From: an uncultured cyanobacterium
Lineage (GTDB): Bacteria > Cyanobacteriota > Cyanobacteriia > Cyanobacteriales > Nostocaceae
Direction of reading: 5' to 3'
DNA: 64,000 nt
Assembly (NCBI GenBank): GCA_963706595.1
Contig: OY970166.1
Span: 5,408,001 to 5,472,000 of the forward strand
Shown here: positions 52,870-63,235 of the stretch, piece by piece
Layout: every line of letters starts with the position of its first letter
Position numbering within the stretch: the first letter of the stretch is position 1
Made by a program: the position numbers and the translations under genes
The notes under the pieces: model-generated
The model's input: the letters and a program-made list of their open reading frames with translations, nothing else
The model's database searches: none
Told to the model about the DNA's origin: nothing

Positions 52870-52998
52870 TATTTATTAGTTCGTAATTAGCAAAGTCCAC
52901 TTGATAATAATAAACCACAGCCCAACATCAAATAAATTCCAAATTACGTATCGCTAAAGCGAAAGATCCGCTAACGCGCAGCGTTTCCGAAGGAAATA

Positions 52999-53063
52999 TT
53001 ACGAATTCCAAATTCCAAATTCCAAATTACGAATTACGAATTACGAATTACGAATTACGAATT
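52999..53063. repeat. STRR heptamer array (AATTCCA/AATTACG)n, preceded by small hairpin repeats
   Basis: Read directly. Confidence 0.85.
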
Positions 53064-54150
53064 ATTTCAAAGGTTGGTATATATCCTCAGAACTGGGGTT
53101 GAGGTAAGGACGCTGTAAATCAATCAAATGCTGGGAAAAATGTTGATCAATTACCCTCATCCGTTCCTCCATTGCATTTTTACCTTTTTCCCAAGCTTCC
53201 AACAAAGCATTGGCGACAATTTGACAACGGTTCATCCCAAAACTTTCTTGTGCGGCGAATTTTTGGGTTGGTTCTTCAGCTAAACTCAATCCTGGCGCTA
53301 AAAACTTGGTAAACAAAGGGATTTCCGGTTGGAAATGAGATTGATACTCTGTATAAACAGCCTGAAGAACTTTGCGAATTGCTGGATAATCCTGGCGTTC
53401 AAAATAAAGTATACCTGAATCATAACGTCCATATCCAGCCGGATTATAGAGAACCTGAAAAGTAAAAGGAATATTAGCAGCGTTGAGTTGCTGCGTTAAT
53501 CCATCCATGCAGGCGATCGCACCCTCTGAAGTAAAATTAAAATAGATTCTGCCAATCCCCAAATCCGCATCTGGATTACCTTGCTTTTCCTGTCCAACAT
53601 TGCTAACTGCTAAATAACAGCCCTTTTGCAAGCGATTTTTAGGCATCCAAATAGCGACGGATTCCCCCACCTTAGCAGATTTTTTACCGGGTTTAAAATG
53701 ACAGTCTGGCTCAATATGCACTGTCAAACCACCTTTAGTTACAGCCATACTACCATCTGGTTCCAGACGCAACACCTGCCAACTGGGGTCAAAATAACCA
53801 TTCCCGTGATTGCTAGTTTGTAGTTGTTCGTAAAATTCCCAATCGACATCCAAAATCGAATTAGCTTCTAAACTTTGGTGTCGTAAGCAATTAGCCGTTT
53901 CAATATTAACTGCTAAAGTGCTTTGTAAGGAACCATTGTAATAGATACCGTACAGAAAATTTCGCAGTAATAGATTCAGATATTTATGCTGTAAAGCCGC
54001 CGGATTTTGTTGAAATCTATCTGCGACTTTCGCTGGTAAAGCAAACGGTTGATAATTGGGATGGTAAATTGAGAAGTTCGACTTAATCTCGATATTACTC
54101 GCAATATCAAGCAGAGAAGTTAGCAATGGATTGGTAGAAGAATTTAGCAT
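53062..54150 (-). CDS. HopA1-family protein (LanY/LxmY-like phospho-lyase)
   Basis: RIYFN, RYDSGILYF, PLFTK.LAPGL.LAEEP and SFGMNRC motifs. Confidence 0.8.
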   Translation of the reverse strand: MLNSSTNPLLTSLLDIASNIEIKSNFSIYHPNYQPFALPAKVADRFQQNPAALQHKYLNLLLRNFLYGIYYNGSLQSTLAVNIETANCLRHQSLEANSILDVDWEFYEQLQTSNHGNGYFDPSWQVLRLEPDGSMAVTKGGLTVHIEPDCHFKPGKKSAKVGESVAIWMPKNRLQKGCYLAVSNVGQEKQGNPDADLGIGRIYFNFTSEGAIACMDGLTQQLNAANIPFTFQVLYNPAGYGRYDSGILYFERQDYPAIRKVLQAVYTEYQSHFQPEIPLFTKFLAPGLSLAEEPTQKFAAQESFGMNRCQIVANALLEAWEKGKNAMEERMRVIDQHFSQHLIDLQRPYLNPSSEDIYQPLK

Positions 54151-54185
54151 TAATTAATCCCAGATAAATCAAATAAAAACTTTAA

Positions 54186-55424
54186 TTAACAACCCCGCAG
54201 GCGAGTATTTTCGTAATACAGAGGAACCAATTGCTGCTCTTTTTCAGGTTGTGGGAATTTATGAATTTTTGCCAAAGGGTGGGCAATTTTAGACTCAGAA
54301 ACTCCGAAAATACTCAATACAGATTGTTCAGGTATAGTGAGGAGATTTTTCGCAATCTGAAGCATACAAATGTCACTATTGCCAAAGTATTTACGAACCT
54401 TAATGGTTTCTTGAATTTGATTAATTAGCGCCAGTCCTGTAAACTGAATGACTCGGACAATAAAATCACTCCGGTAATCCAAAATCATGGGAAAAGCATT
54501 CAGATAAGCCCGAATTAACGCCAGTAATGAAGGTTGCAACACCTCTAAAGGTGTCATGGCTAAATGCAGCGATTCTTCTAACTCAATGGTAGGATCTACC
54601 ACCAAGCTGGAAAGCCAAATCCCTAAATAGCTGGCGATCAGAGTACCTAAATCAAAGGCTGGATCTCCCCAACCACAAGCTTCCCAATCAATCAATTTAA
54701 TTAGGCAATTGTCTAGCTGATCCCAACGCGAATGAATTAAGATGTTATTTAAGTTCAAGTCGTTGTGAGTCAAACAGCAAGGTTGCCATTCATAAGCCAA
54801 ATCTGCGATCGCTGACTCTAAACTCTCATAACGTTGATAGAGAAGGTAGAATTTTAACGCCTCAGTGGGAACTGTACCAAATATTTCTGGGCTAATTGAA
54901 TCTACCCCTTGCGCTGGATTGTAAAAGCTATAGCGAAACTGTCCTTCAGGCGCAGTCGCCATAAAATTACGATATTCTCGGTGTTGGAAGGTAGCACGAT
55001 GTACTTCCCCTAATGTTGTACCAATGGCGGTAGCAATTTCTGGCGGGAAAATATCGTTTTGCCGATAAAATTCATTTAGTTCGGAATATTCACTTAAATA
55101 ATTACGGACAAGGATCGAATTTGACTCGTCGTAATGTAGTATTGATGGTGCAATTGACGAAATATTTCCCAAAACCGGAAACTTTTGCAGCAATTGGTGA
55201 AACAACCACTCATTAAAAAACTCATGGGGAGTTCCACCATTTTCAATATGACGTTTTTGTTTAACCAGCAGTTGTTGATTCCCTGCTAGAGTCACCAGTA
55301 AATTTAAATTATGTTGGCTACTTTTTAGTAACTTATATTTGTTTGATGCTCCATCTTCTGAGCAACACAGGCCTGTTTCTTGCAGATACTGGATAATATT
55401 GTGAGAAGACAGTGATAATAACAT
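54186..55424 (-). CDS. APH-family phosphotransferase (LanK/LxmK-like kinase)
   Basis: LLVKQ, HNDLNLNN, IDWE and GDPAFDLG motifs. Confidence 0.82.
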   Translation of the reverse strand: MLLSLSSHNIIQYLQETGLCCSEDGASNKYKLLKSSQHNLNLLVTLAGNQQLLVKQKRHIENGGTPHEFFNEWLFHQLLQKFPVLGNISSIAPSILHYDESNSILVRNYLSEYSELNEFYRQNDIFPPEIATAIGTTLGEVHRATFQHREYRNFMATAPEGQFRYSFYNPAQGVDSISPEIFGTVPTEALKFYLLYQRYESLESAIADLAYEWQPCCLTHNDLNLNNILIHSRWDQLDNCLIKLIDWEACGWGDPAFDLGTLIASYLGIWLSSLVVDPTIELEESLHLAMTPLEVLQPSLLALIRAYLNAFPMILDYRSDFIVRVIQFTGLALINQIQETIKVRKYFGNSDICMLQIAKNLLTIPEQSVLSIFGVSESKIAHPLAKIHKFPQPEKEQQLVPLYYENTRLRGC

Positions 55425-56148
55425 ATATTATGTCCTACTTCCTAAAAATGCTGATAAAAGTACCATTAATTGAAATTAATTTAGCTTTAGCAGTTTCGGT
55501 AAACATCAACAATTGCTCCAATATATTCATATCTCATCTGTCAAATAAAAACCTGCCATAATGGCAAGATAACTTTAATTTTTACTTTAAATTACGCTGA
55601 TAAATACTATAAAATCTTTAAATTTCACCGCCGATAAACAGCACAAATAAAACTACCTGGAGACGGATATTATCGGATTTAAGCATTTATTATTCACTAA
55701 GGATTTTTACTTTTACTGATATGATGCTGCCAAATCATCTAGTAATCACAACAATTCATCTCATTTTCAGCGCGTGTAATAATTAATTCATTAATTAGTA
55801 TTTTCAACAGGTAAAGCAGAATCACTGAGAACCTCAATACCGGGAAAATTATATACAGCCTTATTTTTATTTATCATCACCAACTCAAAAAAACCGGATG
55901 TTTTCGGCAGTCGGCAATTATTTTTTCGCCATATATTAATAATCTATACGGCATTAATTGCTTTAATGTGACATTTTTCAGTAAAATTATTGCTGTCAGA
56001 AAAACGTTAAATTACACAGCAATACTGAAATTGTGGCTGTGTAATCCTTTATGTTGTGACAAAAATAATTTTTTATAGTATAAATGTATTGTAAAAAATA
56101 ATAAGACTTAGGAGTAATATTTACGTATAAACTGGATGAGGATAATTA

Positions 56149-56469
56149 TTACCTACCCATAACCAATTGATTCACCATCAACGTCAATGCCAACACACCT
56201 AAAATTACCATCAATCCTGCGGGCATGAACTTGCGTGTTTTAGCTAATCTCAAGGCAAAGAAAATTACTAAAGTTACAGTAACTAAAACTGCTAAAATCA
56301 AAGCCCAGGCTTGTCCTTGGATTTGAAAGTAAGCAGCTAAAATTAGTAATAAACCACTAATGATACCACTGAACAGCGAAACTTGACTATTAGCCTGAAT
56401 GTAGCCGATGATGCCACCAATAATCGCTAAAATGCCATAAGTAAGTGCAGCAATTATACTTAAACTCAT
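56149..56469 (-). CDS. TMEM14-family small membrane protein
   Basis: GGIIGY...S.VSL.SG and KFMPAGL motifs. Confidence 0.85.
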   Translation of the reverse strand: MSLSIIAALTYGILAIIGGIIGYIQANSQVSLFSGIISGLLLILAAYFQIQGQAWALILAVLVTVTLVIFFALRLAKTRKFMPAGLMVILGVLALTLMVNQLVMGR

Positions 56470-56611
56470 TATTAAAACCTCTGTAGAGTTTTAGATTGTG
56501 GATTTTGGATGATTTTTCTTTAGTTCAAACCGCGCTGCGTAAGCTGCGATCATGTCAATCTAAAATCGTAACATGATTGACCATAGCTATTAAGCTCAAC
56601 TACCCCGTTAA

Positions 56612-57991
56612 TTGATGGATAATCCAGCGATGTCAAAAGCCAGTAACTCATCCTACAGCCATAGCCAGGTGCAATTTCTCCAATGTCAAGCAGCATCACT
56701 TTTACTCTACCAATCTGTGATGTCAAGCGAAGCGGGGATCGCATTCCTTGACCTGTTGCAAGCTATACGCTACACTGATGCCGATGCACGGAGTTGTCTC
56801 AAAGCCTATGGCAGTTATTTTTATGCCTTAACTACTAGATATCAAAATTGGGAGGACTACCTCATTACTCAAATTCTCATCTGTGATAATCCTTTTAGTA
56901 GGCTGGCTCAACAGCAAGATTTTGAAGATTTACCCCGTGCTTTAGTAGCCGCAGTTGAGCATGATTTACAGGTGTTGCAGAATCTTTATGAATGTAGCAG
57001 CGCTTCTTTGAGCGAGTGGGTACAAACTGTAGCCCATTTACCAATTTCACCTGTTGTCTGGTACAAAAAACCAAAGATTAGCACAGAGCCAAAATTAATT
57101 GTGTTCCTACAAAAGTTAGATAATTGGGCTGATGCTGTAGAAGAGTTAGCAGCTTATTATCGGCAGTTCGGCACAGGCTTATTTGCAGAATATCATGCTT
57201 TGCGCTGGCAAGAAAGTAATTTTGTTGGCATCAAGCATCCTGACCCCATAAAACTGAATACTCTCGTGGGTTACGAGTCTCAACAAGAAACTTTAATCAA
57301 AAATACAAAATTTCTATTATCAGGAGAGGTAGCACTGCACGTACTACTTTACGGTAGTCGGGGTTCGGGAAAATCTTCTTTAGTAAAAGCTTTGTTAAAT
57401 GAGTATGGCCAGCACAATCTCCGCTTATTGGAAGTCGCCAAATCTGACTTGCAGGATTTACCAAAAATTGTCGAACATTTGCGGGGAGTACCACAAAAAT
57501 TTATTATCTTTGTCGATGACCTTTCCTTTGAGGAGGATGATGATGCTTTTAAAGCACTTAAGGTAGTTTTAGAAGGGAATTTAACAGCACGTCCCCAAAA
57601 TGTCGTTGTTTATGCTACTTCCAATCGCCGCCACTTGATTCGCGAGTATTTTGGAGATAGACCAACGCCCAAGGATAACGATGAAATCCATGCCTGGGAT
57701 ACAATGCAGGAAAAGCTTTCATTTAGCGATCGCTTTGGTCTCACTCTCACCTTTGAACCAGCCGATCAGAAAACTTATGTAAAAATTGTCCAACATCTAG
57801 CAGCCCAAGCCAAAATTAATATTACCCCAGAAGATTTAGAATATCAAGCATTACAATGGGCAACGCGCCATAATGGTCGTTCTGGACGTACAGCCCGGCA
57901 GTTTATTGATTTTATCAAAGCAGATTTAGCATTATCTCCACCCAACCTAGTACAACTAAATATCAATAAAACAAACATTGAAAATTCATGA
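56612..57991 (+). CDS. DUF815-family AAA+ ATPase
   Basis: GSRGSGKSS, FVDDLSFE, YATSNRRHL and GRSGRTA motifs. Confidence 0.88.
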   Translation: MMDNPAMSKASNSSYSHSQVQFLQCQAASLLLYQSVMSSEAGIAFLDLLQAIRYTDADARSCLKAYGSYFYALTTRYQNWEDYLITQILICDNPFSRLAQQQDFEDLPRALVAAVEHDLQVLQNLYECSSASLSEWVQTVAHLPISPVVWYKKPKISTEPKLIVFLQKLDNWADAVEELAAYYRQFGTGLFAEYHALRWQESNFVGIKHPDPIKLNTLVGYESQQETLIKNTKFLLSGEVALHVLLYGSRGSGKSSLVKALLNEYGQHNLRLLEVAKSDLQDLPKIVEHLRGVPQKFIIFVDDLSFEEDDDAFKALKVVLEGNLTARPQNVVVYATSNRRHLIREYFGDRPTPKDNDEIHAWDTMQEKLSFSDRFGLTLTFEPADQKTYVKIVQHLAAQAKINITPEDLEYQALQWATRHNGRSGRTARQFIDFIKADLALSPPNLVQLNINKTNIENS

Positions 57992-58140
57992 CAAGCCTGT
58001 GATCTAAGCTTTGGTAATTTTGACTTTCTCCTAGCGACATTAGTAATAAATTTAATTAGATGGCGATATTTTTTTGAGGACCCCATGAATTGCACAAACA
58101 CTTAAAATTAAAGATTTTTAAATAATAGTAATGAGTCGTA

Positions 58141-59469
58141 ATGGCATTAACAACTACCTATTCTGACAACTCAACGACGCTAAAAAAAACCAATATGCAA
58201 TCAGCAATGATCAGCAATCGATATATTCTCGGCATAGTTGCCTTTAGTGTGAGTTTTGGCATTAGTCTCGTTCCCAACTGGGATTTGAACCAAGCCTTGA
58301 TTACGGGTGTAATTACTATCCTTGCTACCTATGCAGCAGCACTATTTATAGATAAGCGCCGCAGCAATTATGAAATGCTGATTTTAACTTCCCACCGCAA
58401 GCGAATTAAAGAAATGGAGGGACTTAAACTGCGGATTGTTAAGGAAATTAATCAAATAGAAGAACATCGTAATTTATTATATGCAGAGTCCAACAAGCTG
58501 GAAAAACAAATTTTAGATTGTCGTAATCAGAGAAATATTTTACATCGAGATTTAGGCACATTTGCGGCACAAAAAAAGCAATTAGAAACCGAAAGTATTA
58601 ACCTAACTGCTGAAATAGCAACTCTTGAACAAAATCAAGCAGAATTGCATCATGCTTTTTCTCAACTCACAACAGAAAAACGTCGCCTGGAGTTGAACTG
58701 TAATACATCTCGCGCTGAAATTCTTCAGTTGCAAAATCAAATTGGCGAACTCCAGCAAGAAAAACAAGAACTTGAGAGTAGCGTCAGTCTGCTAGGTAGA
58801 CTCAAACCCCAACTAGAGTCAAAAATGTATGAACTGCGAATTGAAGTCCAAGAACTAGAAGCCGAGACTAACCAGCAAAAAGAATTGTTAGTTTCTACAA
58901 AAACTGAAAGGGAAAATTTAGCCGAAAATCTCAATTACCTAGAAACTAAAATCACAGAAAAGCAATCAGAGTTACAGCAAATAGAAGCTCAGTTTTCGTT
59001 ATTGCAATCAGAACGAGACTTGTTACAAAGTCAAGTTTGGGAATTACTCCAACAAACAGAAACATTAAATCAAGAAGCATCACCGGAAAATTTAAATGAA
59101 GATGAAAATGATGTATTTCCTTTTGCCAAATTAATCGATTCTTTAGACTCAATAAATATATCTGAAATCTTACCTGAAGAATGGAATAACTTTTTAAGCG
59201 TCCTCCCAAACCATGAAATTCAGGTATTAAAAGCCATAGTAGAACAAGATAAGCCCCAGGTAATTATTAAACAAATTGCCGAAGCCAATATTACCATGCC
59301 AAATCTATTAATTGATTCTATAAATGAACACGCCAATGATACCATTGGAGAATTAATCATTGAAACTAGTTTGGAGGTTCCTCAAGTGTATCAAGAGCAT
59401 ACAGTAAACGCGAGAAAAATGCTGGCTATGTATGAAAACCTCATAGAGAGAAAAGCCTCATCAAATTAA
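58141..59469 (+). CDS. TM + coiled-coil protein with a TerB-C-like C-terminal domain
   Basis: Two N-terminal TM segments, long heptad region, MPNLLIDSINE.A.DTIGELII tail. Confidence 0.72.
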   Translation: MALTTTYSDNSTTLKKTNMQSAMISNRYILGIVAFSVSFGISLVPNWDLNQALITGVITILATYAAALFIDKRRSNYEMLILTSHRKRIKEMEGLKLRIVKEINQIEEHRNLLYAESNKLEKQILDCRNQRNILHRDLGTFAAQKKQLETESINLTAEIATLEQNQAELHHAFSQLTTEKRRLELNCNTSRAEILQLQNQIGELQQEKQELESSVSLLGRLKPQLESKMYELRIEVQELEAETNQQKELLVSTKTERENLAENLNYLETKITEKQSELQQIEAQFSLLQSERDLLQSQVWELLQQTETLNQEASPENLNEDENDVFPFAKLIDSLDSINISEILPEEWNNFLSVLPNHEIQVLKAIVEQDKPQVIIKQIAEANITMPNLLIDSINEHANDTIGELIIETSLEVPQVYQEHTVNARKMLAMYENLIERKASSN

Positions 59470-59630
59470 AGTAGAAGTTTAGATAAATTAAACCGCCGAT
59501 AAACACCGATAATATGGAGAATTATAATTCTGTCACTTTATTAGAAAAATACATTTTATAATCAGCATTAATGGAGAATTAATTTGAGGTTTCAGTAAGT
59601 CGGTATGAATATTCCCAAACCAATTCACAT

Positions 59631-59712
59631 TAGGGGCGGGTTTACTAATATCCTAGTTGATGTTGAATGATATCTATGATAGCTGGCGTGGCGTAGCCAT
59701 AACCGCCCCTAC
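59631..59712. repeat. REP-like inverted repeat (TAGGGGCGG...CCGCCCCTA) with a nested small two-hairpin element
   Basis: Read directly; nested ATGGCTACGCCACGCCAGCTAT on the minus strand. Confidence 0.6.
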
Positions 59713-59762
59713 TTTTGACTTTTGCTATACCTCTGCGTTGAAAATTCAGTGAAGTGAACTAC

Positions 59763-61085
59763 ATGGTTAAGCTCAAAATCTCCAAAAAAATCTCCACTGC
59801 TTTAATTAACTCTCTGGGTGCTGGAGTAGTACCAAGAACAGGAGTTGAGCATATCGCAGTGGGGCGAGAAAAAGAACTTCAAAGCCTATTTAAAAATCTC
59901 GATGACATCGCAGAAGGTGTATCAGCATTTCGGTTTATCATTGGTAACTATGGCTCAGGTAAAAGCTTCATCCTCCAACTAATTCGTAACCGCGCTATGG
60001 AGCAAGGTTTTGTGGTAGCTGATGCTGATTTATCTTCCTCACGGCGATTAGCAGGAACCCACAATGAAGGTTTAGCAACTTATCGCGAATTAATGAGCCA
60101 CTTGGCGACAAAAACTCGTCCTGATGGTGGTGCTTTAGTTTCAATTTTGGAAGGTTGGATTAATAAAATTCAACAAGAAGTTGTCAAAGAAACAAATTTG
60201 CGTCCTAATGACGATGGTTTTGATGACAAAGTTGAAGCCAAAATCAGGGAAGTAGTCCAGTATATTGAAGATTTAGTACATGGTTTTGATTTTGGGAGCG
60301 TAATTATTGCTTATTGGCGTGGTTATCGCTTAGATGATGATGATTTAAAAAATGCGTCCATGCGTTGGCTACGTGGAGAATTCAGCACTAAAATTGAAGC
60401 GAAAGCAGCGTTAGGAGTCCGGGTAATAATAGATGATGATAGTTGGTATGACTACATCAAGCTATTTGCTAAATTTGTCGCTGAAATTGGTTATAAAGGA
60501 CTGTTAGTTTTAGTTGATGAAGCTGTAAATCTATACCAAATCTCAACTACAGTCACCCGTGAAAGGAACTATAACAGACTGCTAACAATGTTTAATGACA
60601 CCATGCAATGCAAAGCCGAACATTTGGGCATTTTTATTGGTGGAACAACCAGATTTTTAGAAGATCCAAATCGGGGACTTTTTGCAGACCAAGCTTGGCG
60701 GAGACGCACAAAAGAAAGCCGTTTTGCTACACAGTCAGGGGTTCAGGAACAGTTAGGGCCAGTCATTCGGCTTAACCCGTTGAGTGAAGCTGAAATTCTC
60801 ACACTTTTGCAACGATTAACTGAGATTCATGCACTCAATTTCGGTTATGAACAAGTTTTGAAAAATCCTGAATTTAAGGAATTTGTGCAAGAAATTGTGA
60901 CGCGTTTAGGTGCAGAAGCTTTACTCACTCCAGGGGAAATTGTACGGGATTTTATTAGTTTGTTAAATATCTTGCATCAAAATTCAGAAATGGTTTTTAG
61001 TGAACTCATTCATGGTTCTAAATTTCAGCCCACTGCTATGGGTAAAGATGCAGATGAGGATGATGCAGCAGAGTTTAGTTTGTGA
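59763..61085 (+). CDS. DUF2791/BrxD-like P-loop ATPase
   Basis: GVVPRTG, GNYGSGKS, WLRGE and GLLVLVDE motifs. Confidence 0.85.
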   Translation: MVKLKISKKISTALINSLGAGVVPRTGVEHIAVGREKELQSLFKNLDDIAEGVSAFRFIIGNYGSGKSFILQLIRNRAMEQGFVVADADLSSSRRLAGTHNEGLATYRELMSHLATKTRPDGGALVSILEGWINKIQQEVVKETNLRPNDDGFDDKVEAKIREVVQYIEDLVHGFDFGSVIIAYWRGYRLDDDDLKNASMRWLRGEFSTKIEAKAALGVRVIIDDDSWYDYIKLFAKFVAEIGYKGLLVLVDEAVNLYQISTTVTRERNYNRLLTMFNDTMQCKAEHLGIFIGGTTRFLEDPNRGLFADQAWRRRTKESRFATQSGVQEQLGPVIRLNPLSEAEILTLLQRLTEIHALNFGYEQVLKNPEFKEFVQEIVTRLGAEALLTPGEIVRDFISLLNILHQNSEMVFSELIHGSKFQPTAMGKDADEDDAAEFSL

Positions 61086-61265
61086 ATATTGTTATTTTTT
61101 AAATTATCAATATTAGAACCCGAAGAAGTTATTAGGAGTTAAACAAAAATAATTATTGCATTTCACTTCTTAATAAAGGCTTAAGTATCTATTTGAGACG
61201 CTACAAACCTTGAATTATTTACGCTAAAATAGGAACCTGAAACCAATGAATCAAGCAGTAACCGC

Positions 61266-61371
61266 TATAGCGGTTATCAGTTAAGTGAGATACAAGAACC
61301 CCACCCCCAACCCCCTCCCCGCAAGCGAGGAGGGGGCTATGATGTACTTCATTCAAGTGGATACTGCTATA
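61266..61371. mobile_element. MITE (about 106 bp) with imperfect TATAGC...GCTATA termini
   Basis: Imperfect TIRs; interior repeated at 34861 and inverted at about 12631-12668. Confidence 0.7.
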
Positions 61372-61402
61372 TCCTCTATTTCAAACATTGGAGATTTTTA
61401 GA

Positions 61403-61684
61403 ATGAAATGGACGCTTGAAGAAGCCACAAAACAGCTATCCTCAATAATTAATGCGACAAGTCTTGAACCTCAGCTAATCTACACTCAAGAAGAATTAGT
61501 GGCTGCAATTGTAGACCCTGAACTTTTTCAAGAATTTTTAAACTGGCGACAAAAAACTGCGAAAACATCTCTAGTACAAGTATTTAAAGAAGTTCAGCAG
61601 TTATGCACTGAAGAAAATTATAGCTTAGAGATACCACCACGAAGCGATCGCAATAATCCTTTTACTGAGGAAGAGAATGAGTAA
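61403..61684 (+). CDS. Phd/YefM-like antitoxin
   Basis: MKWTLEEATKQLSSII...PQLI...VAAIV pattern; overlaps a PIN stub. Confidence 0.7.
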   Translation: MKWTLEEATKQLSSIINATSLEPQLIYTQEELVAAIVDPELFQEFLNWRQKTAKTSLVQVFKEVQQLCTEENYSLEIPPRSDRNNPFTEEENE

Positions 61685-61771
61685 TCTCTGCGACACTAAT
61701 ATTATCAGTGAATTAACTCGCCCGATTCCAAATGCAGGGGTGATAGCATGGAGTGGCAGTATGACATCTAT
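61677..61771 (+). pseudogene. N-terminal stub of a VapC/PIN toxin, cut at a MITE
   Basis: MSNLCDTNIISELTRPIPNAGVIAW then MITE sequence. Confidence 0.78.
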
Positions 61772-61860
61772 TAAAATTCTCAAAACCCTTGCGATTGCTT
61801 CACTCCGCTACGCTCCGTTCGCAATGACATACCTTTAAATTTTCCCGCCTACCTACTTAA
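61772..61860. mobile_element. Right half of the MITE family at 30642-30793
   Basis: CTCAAAACCCTTGCGATTGCTTCACTCC...CGCAATGACATACCTT...CCGCCTACCTACT shared. Confidence 0.78.
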
Positions 61861-61915
61861 ACAAATTTATTCGGTTAACTAAATCTCGTCAAAAGTTTTA
61901 TATGATGTATGAATT

Positions 61916-63034
61916 ATGAATATCAATACTGAAAAATTTCAGCCTTTATGTCCTGTTTGCAGTACTGAGTATCAAGAAGACAATATAACTCAGTGTCCTG
62001 TATGTAATTGGGATTTAACGCTAAGTAAAGAAATATTGTCAGAGAAATACAAAAGTCAGCTATTGTGGGCAAAGGAAATTTGGCTAAAACTTCAGTTCCA
62101 ACAGAAGCAATTTCATACTTAAGAATCTCGATTAAAAGAAATTGAGATAGAGAAATCACGGTGGGAAGGAGAAATATTATATAGACTAGAAAAATTAGAA
62201 AAAAAACAACCGAATTATGAACCTATTTTTGTCAGTCCAACAGAATCCTCAGAAAGCCCAAAAATAGCTGAGTTAGAAAAGAAGATGCAAAAAATTCAAG
62301 AACAATTAAAAGAAACTCAAAAAGAACAAAAAAATCTTCAAGTTGAACTCAATAAACTGCTTCAAGAAATAAAAAAAAATAAATCACAACAGTCAACGAA
62401 TATAAATGATGACTGTTCCATAGTTTCTCAGTCTGGGATTGATTATACTCGTCTTCGTAATTTTTTACTTGCAGGAGAATGGGAGAAAGCTAATACAGAA
62501 ACTGATGTGATTATTAAAAGATTATGGCGAACACATCAAACATCTATGTCTGATAATGAATCTGATGATGAGATTATACAAAAAACACTTTGCAATATTC
62601 CTTGTGAAGACCTTCAGATTATTGATTCACTTTGGTTAAAGTATAGTCATGGTAACTTTGGTTTCAGTGTACAGAAAAGTATTTATGATGAGTGTGAGAA
62701 AAATTTAGATTTCTCAAAATTAGAGATTTTTGTAACTTTTATTTTCTATAGGATGGTTTGGTATTCAAAAAATTATGCGGAAAGAGATATAAGTGTGTAT
62801 GGAAGATTCAGACAAAAGGTGTATGATCAAAATTCAAATTTTTTTGCAATTCAAAATTACATAAAAGGTTGTCTACCCAGGATATCCTGGTTAGGATATC
62901 TTGAAAAAGAACACAAATGGGTTGGGATGAATAGTTATTTAGAATTATTAGAAAGACTGGTTGAATGTAAAAACCAAAATATACATGATACTCAAAATAA
63001 TGATTCAATTTTTTGTGATAGTGAAAATTATTAA
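61916..63034 (+). pseudogene. Zinc-ribbon/coiled-coil/GUN4-domain protein with an in-frame TAA at 62120-62122
   Basis: CPVC..CPVC; both ORFs share one frame; DYTRLRNFL..GEWEKANTET and IDSLWLKYSHGNFGFSVQK GUN4 motifs. Confidence 0.75.
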
Positions 63035-63052
63035 TTTTTATCATGGATTTAT

Positions 63053-63229
63053 ATATACTATTTATGGCGACCTAATTTAAAAGATGAAGCTGACAATCAC
63101 TTAATTGAATTAGCGGTTGCTGGGAATGCTCAAATCATTGCCACTCACAATGTCAAAGATTTCCAAAATGCTGAATTGTTATTTCCTAACTTATCAATAT
63201 TAAAACCCGAAGCAGTTATTAGGAGTTGA
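63053..63229 (+). pseudogene. C-terminal remnant of a PIN-domain toxin
   Basis: IYYLWRPNLKDEADNHLIELAVAGNAQIIATHNVKDF...VIRS*. Confidence 0.78.
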
Positions 63230-63235
63230 ACAAAA

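Noticed and set aside
53062..54150. Type III secretion effector
   Set aside because: No T3SS genes here; pairing with an APH kinase points to the RiPP lyase role of HopA1-fold proteins
59763..61085. BREX system
   Set aside because: Only a BrxD-like ATPase is present; no pglX, pglZ or brxC; the TerB-C neighbour fits Shango better
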